Shown one piece after another: positions 15,938 through 23,583 of a stretch of 41,568 nucleotides of DNA. The position numbers and the translations under genes are program-made. The notes under the pieces were generated by a model, which saw nothing but the letters and a program-made list of their open reading frames with translations, was not told the DNA's origin and did not search any database. This DNA comes from Fimbriimonadales bacterium (GTDB lineage Bacteria; Armatimonadota; Fimbriimonadia; Fimbriimonadales; JABRVX01). The stretch spans positions 1-41,568 of the forward strand of contig BTVI01000030.1 of assembly GCA_045862955.1 (NCBI GenBank), given 5' to 3'. Every line of letters begins with the position of its first letter. Within the stretch, counting starts at the first letter, position 1.

Positions 15938-17773
15938 TTAGTCACCCAGCGCACCGAAGTTCGCCAGTACGGTGCTCATGTCCGGCACGTCTACCGATAA
16001 GTCGCCGTTGATGTCTCCGGGCATTGGTCCAGTCGCTCCGAAGGTGCTCATAATCACGTTGAGGTCCTGAAGGTCCACTCTGTTGTCGCCGTTCGCATCA
16101 CCGGGGATCAGCACGACGTTCAGGCCGGTACAGCCGTGCGCGGGAAGAGCAGGGATTTCGAGCTTCCGAATCAGATACCCCTTGGCAGAGATACGAATCG
16201 TCCACGGTCCACTCTGAGGCGCGAAGACATCGCCGGGAAGCGTATAGAAGCCGCTTTCGCTCTGCGGCACCCAGTCGTCCAGAACCAGCCGTCCGTTTCC
16301 ATCTTGCGCGCGGATCCGCAGTAGAGCCGCCGATTGGTCGCCGTCGCCCTGTGGCCCTCGCCAGCTCGGCATCGCGACGTACTGCGATACCGCCTGATAC
16401 TCGTAGCATCCCTTGTCCGGATAAGGCGTGCCATACCCGCTGGAGTCCACGGGACGAGGCGCCCCACAATAATCGAACTGCACCTCGACGTACCCATAGT
16501 CACGAACCAGGCTGTCCGGCCGAAGGTTGTAGCTCCACGGGATGTCCAGGTAGAGCCTGTTCACGTAGCGAGGGTCCACCTGAGTCGTTGTCGGGCCTGC
16601 AGCGTTGAGGTCCTGCGGGTTCGAGAACGGGGCGACCGAGTTCATGTAGAAGTTCCCGTACGACCAGTAGTAGGAGGCCGATGCGTCCCTTCCCACCGCC
16701 GCGTCGGGACCCGTGTTGAACGTGATGTTCTCGTTTCGGATCGTGCCCGAAGCCTGGTCGTAGAAGTACATCACGCTGTTCCCGACCGTGGAGACGTTGT
16801 CGGAGTACGTGTTGTTGATGAGCCGGGGCCAGGTTCCAGAGTTGCGCACCAAAACGGCAGCGGTGCCGGCGGTGTTTCGGGTGATCAGGTTGGCATAGAC
16901 CTTCGTGTTCGTTCGGTTCAGAAGGTCGAGCGCGGCACCGGCATTCGCCTGGTTCTCCGTGAACCAGTTCCGCTCGATCTGGACCTGCTGCACCGTGCGT
17001 AGCCAGGCGCCGCCGCCGCCCTCTAGCCCTCCACAAGTCGCGATGTTTCTGCGAAACACGCACGAGCGGACGTATCCCACTCCCCCCTCGAGCGCGAGGC
17101 CTCCACCCTTCGAGGCAACGTTATCCTCGAAGACGACTCCGGTTAGGAAGACGTCGGCACCGACCGCCCGCATGCCTCCGCCTATGTCGGCGGTGGTGCA
17201 CCTTCGAATGATGGTGTCTGTGATCGTGATGGACCCGTTCGATGCGTAGATCCCGCCGCCGGAGTTGTTGGTGCTGGAGGTGCAGTCTTCCAGTACACAG
17301 TTCGTGAGCGTCAGGTTGTTCGCGCTAGCAGCGTAAAGAGCGCCACCGAACCCGGTTGCCCTCCCGTTGCGTAGCGTAAGCCGGTCCAACAGCACGTCGG
17401 CAACGTAGTTCACGCGCACCGGACGCCCGAGATTGGCGCCATCGATCACCGTCGATTCGCCATGACGCTCTTCGAGAAGGGATTCGTCCCCGTAGAAGCC
17501 GCCATAGATGCGAAGCCCTGCGGTCTGTATCACGACGTTCTCGTAATACACACCCTGCCGAACCCAGATCTCGGAACCCGACGGCGCAGCAGCGACCGCC
17601 TGGCCAATCGTCGTGAATGCGGTGGCCCAGGTTCCGCCCCCTTGGTCGCTTCCGGTCGGCGACACATAGATGACTCCGAAGGAAGCGCTGGTGGACACGA
17701 CAAGCACGATGCATTGAAGCATCGCGCGCGAGGCCCTCGCCCGGAAACCGTAACACCCGCGAGCTTGTAACAA
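15938..17773 (-). CDS. Secreted right-handed beta-helix protein with choice-of-anchor-Q-like segment and C-terminal dockerin-like domain
   Basis: ORF open from 17836; start uncertain (TTG 17773 after GGGGTG, or ATG 17722). IYVSPTGSD..., extensive identity to the 4126-5949 protein (LEGGG.AWLR.VQQV, WRGPxGDGDQS, LPAHGCTGL), GDANGDNRVD / GDINGDLSVD; ends FGALGD. Confidence 0.85.
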   Translation of the reverse strand: MLQARGCYGFRARASRAMLQCIVLVVSTSASFGVIYVSPTGSDQGGGTWATAFTTIGQAVAAAPSGSEIWVRQGVYYENVVIQTAGLRIYGGFYGDESLLEERHGESTVIDGANLGRPVRVNYVADVLLDRLTLRNGRATGFGGALYAASANNLTLTNCVLEDCTSSTNNSGGGIYASNGSITITDTIIRRCTTADIGGGMRAVGADVFLTGVVFEDNVASKGGGLALEGGVGYVRSCVFRRNIATCGGLEGGGGAWLRTVQQVQIERNWFTENQANAGAALDLLNRTNTKVYANLITRNTAGTAAVLVRNSGTWPRLINNTYSDNVSTVGNSVMYFYDQASGTIRNENITFNTGPDAAVGRDASASYYWSYGNFYMNSVAPFSNPQDLNAAGPTTTQVDPRYVNRLYLDIPWSYNLRPDSLVRDYGYVEVQFDYCGAPRPVDSSGYGTPYPDKGCYEYQAVSQYVAMPSWRGPQGDGDQSAALLRIRAQDGNGRLVLDDWVPQSESGFYTLPGDVFAPQSGPWTIRISAKGYLIRKLEIPALPAHGCTGLNVVLIPGDANGDNRVDLQDLNVIMSTFGATGPMPGDINGDLSVDVPDMSTVLANFGALGD

Positions 17774-18005
17774 CAGACCCAACACCCCGAAAGAGCAATG
17801 CGAATGGCCCGAACCCAGCACCGGCAGCGGCCACACAGAACCGAAACCATATTATCACAGGATCGGCGGAGGTTCGGTGCACGAATCCATCTGCCGCCGA
17901 TCGTCGCCGGCTGTTCAGACGGAAGATGGGCTCCGCTTGTTCCTCTGGCGGCACTACGCTTCGGCTGGGGAAGGGTCATCTGGTACCATCCGGAGCGAAA
18001 TCGGA

Positions 18006-18398
18006 ATGGCACGTTCTTTTCTCTCGATTGTTGTTGCCGCTATCTTAACCGTCACCGTGTTGGGAGTATTCTCCACCCACCAGTGGCATGGTCCCATCGG
18101 CACGCTGCAGCGCTACTTGCTCGCCGCGATGGAAGGCGACGGGGCCACAATGGAGAAGCTGGAGTACCCGCCGACATCTCTCTTCCGAGCTCAACTGATG
18201 CACGGTTACCGAGGGGCCCGCAACGTCAACATTCGGGAGCAGAGGCAGATCGGCGACTCACGCGTGTGGATCAGCACGGAGATATTCAACCCTCGGTATA
18301 GGCAGATCATCGTGATGTCTTGGGTCATGGTAAAGAGGCCGGACGGATGGAAGGTGGACATCCTGAAAACCATTCAGGTGAACTCGTGGCCACGGTAG
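18006..18398 (+). CDS. Small membrane-anchored/secreted protein, NTF2-like (DUF4878-like) fold probable
   Basis: ATG 18006 after GGAG. Hydrophobic N-terminus, helix LQRYLLAAMEGD, C-terminal VKRPDGWKVD. Confidence 0.65.
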   Translation: MARSFLSIVVAAILTVTVLGVFSTHQWHGPIGTLQRYLLAAMEGDGATMEKLEYPPTSLFRAQLMHGYRGARNVNIREQRQIGDSRVWISTEIFNPRYRQIIVMSWVMVKRPDGWKVDILKTIQVNSWPR

Positions 18399-18835
18399 TA
18401 CGCAGACGACTGAAGTGGACTACCGTGGTGGGATGGACCGTCGCGCTGGCGATGGTGGCCGCTATCGTACTGTTGATCTTCACTGTCGGCAACTCACCGG
18501 CCTCGGCAGTCAACGAGTTCCTCACCGCCCTGCGTGCGCGTGACGTGAAGCGCCTTGCCGCGGTTACATGGCTCCCGGAGGGCAGCCCGCCTGCGGAGGA
18601 GCAGTGGCGTAAGATCTTCTCCGAGGTCAAGCCGCTACCCATCTCCCACGACGAGCAACCGTTGATGGCGTCGCTCAGCGGAGACACCGCACTGGTAAAA
18701 ATGCTTGTGCGTATTCACGACCGAACGCCGCCCCAGGAGAGGGAGATTCAGTTCTTCGTTCGACGAGTGAACGGCAAGTGGAAGGTGGACGTCACGCGCC
18801 TGGTCCGCGACCCCTTCCAGAAACTGCCGTTCTAG
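18386..18835 (+). CDS. Small membrane-anchored protein, NTF2-like (DUF4878-like) fold probable
   Basis: GTG 18386 after AGGTG, overlapping the previous gene end. One TM helix, SPASAVNEFLTALRARD, RRVNGKWKVD. Confidence 0.7.
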   Translation: MATVVRRRLKWTTVVGWTVALAMVAAIVLLIFTVGNSPASAVNEFLTALRARDVKRLAAVTWLPEGSPPAEEQWRKIFSEVKPLPISHDEQPLMASLSGDTALVKMLVRIHDRTPPQEREIQFFVRRVNGKWKVDVTRLVRDPFQKLPF

Positions 18836-19002
18836 AGGACTCTGGTTGAGTTTCCGAGCCGGATACAGCGCAAATCCGGCAATGACAAGCGGCGGATTGC
18901 CGAACTTTCCACCCCCATCGAACCGAATAGTTAAGTGGAGCGCAATGAGGCGCCCACGGAAACGGTTCCCCAAGGCGCGGGGATGCCGAATCACGAAATC
19001 CG

Positions 19003-19011
19003 TGTTAGAAT
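19003..19011 (+). promoter_or_regulatory. Extended -10 promoter ahead of the ncRNA candidate
   Basis: TG-t-TAGAAT at 19003-19011. Confidence 0.5.
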
Positions 19012-19017
19012 GATATG

Positions 19018-19255
19018 GAGGTGACGGAAGGATAGAAGAGACGTTCAACAACTTGGTCGCCGGCATCGGCGAGAATGTCGAATAGCTCCGAGGAGCGAAT
19101 TCGATAGGCCAATTAGTGGTGCAGGGGATCCCAACGACGGGGGAACCGTAGGTACTGCAAAGACAGTGGAGCTTCTATCGCTCCGTGGCGACCCGCCGAG
19201 CCGGCGACCAGACCAAAATCTGGGCTTGCAGCCGACCTGCTGGGTCGGTTTTTCG
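19018..19255 (+). ncRNA. Structured non-coding RNA candidate (family not identified; 6S RNA is one possibility)
   Basis: Closing stem TGGTCGCCGGC-A-TCGGCG (19054-19071) pairs with CGCCGA-GCCGGCGACCA (19194-19210). Internal hairpins, own promoter and terminator, no credible ORF. Confidence 0.55.
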
Positions 19256-19259
19256 CTTT
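19230..19259 (+). terminator. Intrinsic terminator on + strand
   Basis: AGCCGACC-tgctg-GGTCGGTT followed by TTTCGCTTT. Confidence 0.7.
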
Positions 19260-19268
19260 CTGAACCCG

Positions 19269-20396
19269 TCACGGCAGAAGCCGCATGGTCACCGAGTCGT
19301 GAAACATCAGTCCCTCGCGCGTGAGACGCACTCTATGCTCGTCCATCGCCACCCAGCCCTTCTCTCGTAGCTCCTTTAGAGCAGGAGCGAGCCGCACCCT
19401 CGCATCGGGAACTCTGCTCTCCAGTCGCTCGAAAGGCACCCCCTCCGCCGTGCGAAGTCCGACCATGAGCGTCTCCGCAAGCCACAGTGCCTCACCGATT
19501 CGCTCCCGCTCTTCCACGTGGTCGCGGCCTTCCAGCACTGCCTCCGCGTATCGACTCGGGCTCCGCAGGTTCTTTCGCCGCTCGCCTTCGAGATACGAGA
19601 CTGCACCAGGGCCGAAGCCTGCATAGGGTTCGTTCCGCCAGTACGCCAAATTGTGCCTGCACTCCCGACCCGGCAGCGCATAGTTGGAGATCTCGTATCG
19701 CACCAGTCCGGCGCCCGCACAGAGGTTCTCGGCTTCCTCCTGCATAGCGATCTGCGAATCCTCGTCGGGGAGCTCGAGCTGCCCGCGCTGATGCATCGTT
19801 GCGTAGCGCGTGCCAGGCTCGATAGTGAGGCAGTAGAGAGATAGGTGCTCGGGCTCGAACGCCAGCGCTGCCCTCACACTCTCCAGCCAGAGGTCGAGCG
19901 TCTGGCCGGGCAGTGCATACATAAGGTCGAGGCTAAGGTTGTCGAAGCCGGCACGGCGCGCGGCATCCACGGCTTTGCGGATCTCGTCGGACGTATGCAC
20001 CCGACCCAGCACACGCAGTTCCTCATCGTGGAAGCTCTGCGCCCCGATGCTGATCCGGTTGAAGCCCATCGCACGCAGTGCCGCGAAGCGGTCGGCGTCC
20101 ACCGTTCCGGGATTCGCCTCTGCGGTGATCTCTGCATCGGCCCCAATGGCGAAGGTGTCGGTCAGGGCAGAAAACAGCCGAGACAATCTCTCCACCGACA
20201 AGAACGTCGGCGTGCCCCCGCCGAAGAAAACTGTTCCCACCTTCGCCTCCGCGACGTGCGACCGACGAATCTCCAGTACGCAAGCGCGCGTGAAGGTCTC
20301 GTGCTCCTCTTCCGGCCACGCGTAAGAGTTGAAGTCGCAGTACGGGCACTTCGACGGACAGAACGGCGTGTGAACGTAGACGGCCAAATCCCTCAC
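19269..20396 (-). CDS. hemW: Radical SAM heme chaperone HemW (HemN-like)
   Basis: YVHTPFCPSKCPYCDFNSY (CxxxCxxC), FFGGGTPT, EANP, YEISNYA and the HemW-type HNLAYW motif. Confidence 0.9.
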   Translation of the reverse strand: MRDLAVYVHTPFCPSKCPYCDFNSYAWPEEEHETFTRACVLEIRRSHVAEAKVGTVFFGGGTPTFLSVERLSRLFSALTDTFAIGADAEITAEANPGTVDADRFAALRAMGFNRISIGAQSFHDEELRVLGRVHTSDEIRKAVDAARRAGFDNLSLDLMYALPGQTLDLWLESVRAALAFEPEHLSLYCLTIEPGTRYATMHQRGQLELPDEDSQIAMQEEAENLCAGAGLVRYEISNYALPGRECRHNLAYWRNEPYAGFGPGAVSYLEGERRKNLRSPSRYAEAVLEGRDHVEERERIGEALWLAETLMVGLRTAEGVPFERLESRVPDARVRLAPALKELREKGWVAMDEHRVRLTREGLMFHDSVTMRLLP

Positions 20397-20508
20397 GCCC
20401 CGACTTTACCAGCGAAGAAGCGGTCGAGACGGCTCACGGTATCCTATGTGGACACCGCACCCGAAGTCTGCGTTCGCAGCGGCGACGAGACACTGGAGGC
20501 TCCGAAAG

Positions 20509-21666
20509 ATGCAACCCGACCTAGCCGACCGAATCCGCAACCTGCTGCCAGAGCTGATCGATCTCCGACACGATTTGCACGCCCACCCGGAGATCGCCTT
20601 CGAGCTGCCGCGGACCTCTGGCCTCGTCGCCGAACGGCTGCATGCTCTCGGCCTCGAACCCAGGACTGGGGTCGGTGGGTGCGGCATCACTGCGCTCATT
20701 CCCTCGGACGGTGGCGGCCCTACGGTCGCGTTGCGTGCCGACATGGATGCACTGCCCTTGGACGAAGAGACCGGGCTTCCCTATGCATCGCAGAACCCTG
20801 GAGCGATGCATGCGTGCGGTCACGACGGCCACACCACCATCCTGCTGGGCGCCGCATCGGTGCTCTCGGCACTACGCGAGCGACTACCGGGTCCAGTGCT
20901 TCTCATCTTTCAGCCCGCGGAGGAGATCGTGCGTGGAGCCGACGCGATGATCCGGGACGGCGCGTTGGACGATCCGTGCCCCGCCGCCATTTTCGGGCTG
21001 CACGGCTGGCCAGGCATTCCGGTCGGCACCGTCGGTCTTAGAGAAGGCGCGCTCATGGCGTCGGCAGACACCTGGGACGCCGTGATCCGAGGCAAGGGTG
21101 GACACGCAGCTCATCCGGAAGGCACCAACGACCCCATCGTCGCTGCAGCACACTTGATCACGGCTTGGCAGACCATCGCCTCGCGCCGTACACCCGCTGT
21201 CTCCTCTGTGGTCCTCACTGTCACGCGTGTAGAGGCGGGGAGCGCCTACAACATCATTCCGCCGGAGGCGCGCCTGTCTGGTACGTTCCGCACTCTCTCC
21301 ACAGAGATGCGGGAGCGTGTGCCGCAGCTGATGACCGAGATCGGCTCGAACGTATGCCGAGCCATGGGATGCACGTTGGAGTTGGCAGTCACGCCCGGCA
21401 CCACGGTCACAGTCAATCATGCCGGACTCACACGGCACGTGGCGACGGTGCTGGGGGAGGATCGCGTGCGCTGGGTAGATGCACCTTCGATGGGCGGCGA
21501 GGACTTCGGCCGCTTTGCTGAAGTAGTACCCGGTTGCTTCCTGTGGCTCGGCCTCGGCGACCGGCCCTTCTGCCATCACCCTGGGTTCGACTTCGCGGAC
21601 GAAGCACTCCCGGTGGGGATCGAGGTGCTCTGCCGGCTCGCACTCCATCCGCTACCGCAGCTGTGA
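20509..21666 (+). CDS. M20D-family amidohydrolase (hippuricase/aminoacylase-like)
   Basis: RBS GGAGG then ATG 20509. Motifs LHAHPE, RADMDALP, MHACGHDGH, FQPAEE, GGHAAHP, GGEDF. Confidence 0.9.
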   Translation: MQPDLADRIRNLLPELIDLRHDLHAHPEIAFELPRTSGLVAERLHALGLEPRTGVGGCGITALIPSDGGGPTVALRADMDALPLDEETGLPYASQNPGAMHACGHDGHTTILLGAASVLSALRERLPGPVLLIFQPAEEIVRGADAMIRDGALDDPCPAAIFGLHGWPGIPVGTVGLREGALMASADTWDAVIRGKGGHAAHPEGTNDPIVAAAHLITAWQTIASRRTPAVSSVVLTVTRVEAGSAYNIIPPEARLSGTFRTLSTEMRERVPQLMTEIGSNVCRAMGCTLELAVTPGTTVTVNHAGLTRHVATVLGEDRVRWVDAPSMGGEDFGRFAEVVPGCFLWLGLGDRPFCHHPGFDFADEALPVGIEVLCRLALHPLPQL

Positions 21667-22424
21667 ACGCGGTCGTTGTCGCGGGTGGGTTCGCATCCGA
21701 CGCGCTGACCGAGGTCACCGGCGAGCGCCGCAAGGGGCTGATCCGGCTCGGCGGCCGCGAGGCGGTCAGTTACGTACTGGAAGCCTTGCGGAGTGCGAGT
21801 GTCATCGGGCGGGTGGCCTTGGTGGGCCCGCAGGAGATGGAACCTCTGGCGAACGGTGCGATCTTCGTACACGAAGGATCGAACGTCTCGCAGAACGTCC
21901 TACTCGGAATCGGCGCGCTCGGTCAGGACCACGCGACGGACCCGGTACTGGTCGTCCCTGCCGACTTACCGCTCCTGCGAGCGGAAGACATCGAAGGGTT
22001 CTCGAGCCGCCTTCCGCGCGGCTTGGGAGCGGCTGCGTCCTTCGTGCGGCGTGAGCGCGTGGAGCGCGAACAGCCGGGAGCGCCGTACACCTACATCAAG
22101 ATGCGCGAAGGGCAGTTCGCAACGGGCGGCATCTCCATGGTCACGCCAGTAGTCGCAGCCCGTTTGGCACAACTCATCCAACAGCTGCACGAATCGCGGA
22201 AGTCCCAGCTACGCGTGGCACGAATGCTCGGAATCGGACTGCTCGTTCGTTTTCGCTTGGGACGGCTGCGGATCGACGAGGGCGTGCGGGCCGTGCGACG
22301 ACTGGTCGGAGAGGAGGTTTGGGCCGACCTGGACGCCTCACCGAGCACCTCGCTCGACCTGGACGGCCCAGAAGATTACGTGTACCTGCGAGACAACTGG
22401 GACCGCCTCCGATCCCCTCAGTAG
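21663..22424 (+). CDS. MobA-like nucleotidyltransferase (NTP transferase) family protein
   Basis: GTG overlapping the upstream stop (GTGA). Motifs AVVVAGG, KGLIRLGGR, PADLPLL, DLDGPED. Confidence 0.75.
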   Translation: MNAVVVAGGFASDALTEVTGERRKGLIRLGGREAVSYVLEALRSASVIGRVALVGPQEMEPLANGAIFVHEGSNVSQNVLLGIGALGQDHATDPVLVVPADLPLLRAEDIEGFSSRLPRGLGAAASFVRRERVEREQPGAPYTYIKMREGQFATGGISMVTPVVAARLAQLIQQLHESRKSQLRVARMLGIGLLVRFRLGRLRIDEGVRAVRRLVGEEVWADLDASPSTSLDLDGPEDYVYLRDNWDRLRSPQ

Positions 22425-23497
22425 TTCCGGTTCTCCCGGAAGAGTTCTAATGCGAAGAGGTACGTCTCGTATCGGATGTTCGGCGGAATGGAGTGATCCG
22501 AGTGGAAGAAGTAGGGGACCCGCATTTCTCGCATAGCCCGTACCTTCCTCAGCACTTCCGCTTCGACACGCGCCTTATCGTTCGTGGTCAGTTCCACCAC
22601 GTTGATATTGCCCATGAAGGCGAGGCGGTCGCCGTACTCGCGTGCGAGTTCCACCACGTCGCAGCCGGCCTTCGCCTCCATCGGCTGCAGGCAGTCGTAC
22701 CCGGCTTCGATGATGATGGGCACCGCCTTGCGCACATCGCCGCACGAGTGCAGGATGACCGGTAGCCCGTAGTCCTTTAGAAACTCTACCAGTGCGCGCT
22801 CGAAGGGGAGGATCAGTTCGCGGAGAGTCGCCGGTGAGCAGAAGAGGCCGTTACTGAACCCGAGGTCCTCGTAAATGAATATCCCGTCTGGCAGCCCTGC
22901 CTCTCGAAAGAGGTAGTCGAAGTGCAAGCGGTAATGGTCCAGATACACCTGGCAGAAGTCGCGAATCAGGTCGGGCTCCAAAAGCAGCGCGGGCAGGAAG
23001 TTCTGGTCTCCCATGGTGGCTCGAAGCAGTTCGAACACGTAGAGTTGCCCGTACACGGTGAACCGCCCCTTCTCTCGCGCTGCTGCCAGGCGCTTTCGCA
23101 CATCTTCGATGTCGCCCAGTCGGCTAGGGTCGAGGGTAAGCAGGGGTTCGCGGTACCGCTTCCACGTCTCCCAATCGGTCACTTCGAAGTCCACGTGCTC
23201 TGGAGTCCCGGACTTGCCCTTCCAGTAACGGAGCGACGCCCCTCGACCGTCCTTGCGGAGGATCCACTCGTCGGTTTCCTCCAGGACCTCGATCCTTCCG
23301 TGGAACGGCTCCGTGTTGAACCAGCCGCCGCAGTTCTCGATGTCGAACTGGAAGACATCCTCGGGGGTGGCACCTTCGGGATAGCCTTGGCTAGGCCACA
23401 CGTCCCGAAGAGTCTCCTCCCACCAGTGCTCGTACACACCCATGCGCTCGGGGATCTCGTGCTGCAATAGGGCTCGGACGATTTCTCTCGGCTGCAT
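22418..23497 (-). CDS. Uroporphyrinogen decarboxylase / MtaA-CmuA methyltransferase superfamily protein
   Basis: ATG 23497. Motifs YEDLGFSNGLFCSP, ILHSCG, LQPME, FMGNI, SDHSIP; lacks the RQAGR motif of true HemE. Confidence 0.8.
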   Translation of the reverse strand: MQPREIVRALLQHEIPERMGVYEHWWEETLRDVWPSQGYPEGATPEDVFQFDIENCGGWFNTEPFHGRIEVLEETDEWILRKDGRGASLRYWKGKSGTPEHVDFEVTDWETWKRYREPLLTLDPSRLGDIEDVRKRLAAAREKGRFTVYGQLYVFELLRATMGDQNFLPALLLEPDLIRDFCQVYLDHYRLHFDYLFREAGLPDGIFIYEDLGFSNGLFCSPATLRELILPFERALVEFLKDYGLPVILHSCGDVRKAVPIIIEAGYDCLQPMEAKAGCDVVELAREYGDRLAFMGNINVVELTTNDKARVEAEVLRKVRAMREMRVPYFFHSDHSIPPNIRYETYLFALELFRENRNY

Positions 23498-23583
23498 GTG
23501 CTTATCCAATCGCGAGTACGGGTTAGCAGGGATTCCGCGAGCGAGATGCGAACTCCTGGTCATCCCTCGTTTTGGAGGCACAC

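Noticed and set aside
1..17773. Diversity-generating retroelement or recombinase-driven cassette switching
   Set aside because: No reverse transcriptase or recombinase in the window, no adenine-specific template/variable repeat pair, and each Ig gene has its own promoter rather than being a silent cassette.
19018..19255. Assignment of the RNA candidate as SRP RNA, RNase P RNA, tmRNA, T-box or c-di-AMP riboswitch
   Set aside because: Lacks the SRP helix-8 hairpin, the RNase P GAGGAAAGTC motif and tRNA-like ends. ACGGGGGAACCG resembles part of the c-di-AMP aptamer, but the rest is missing and there is no downstream same-strand gene.
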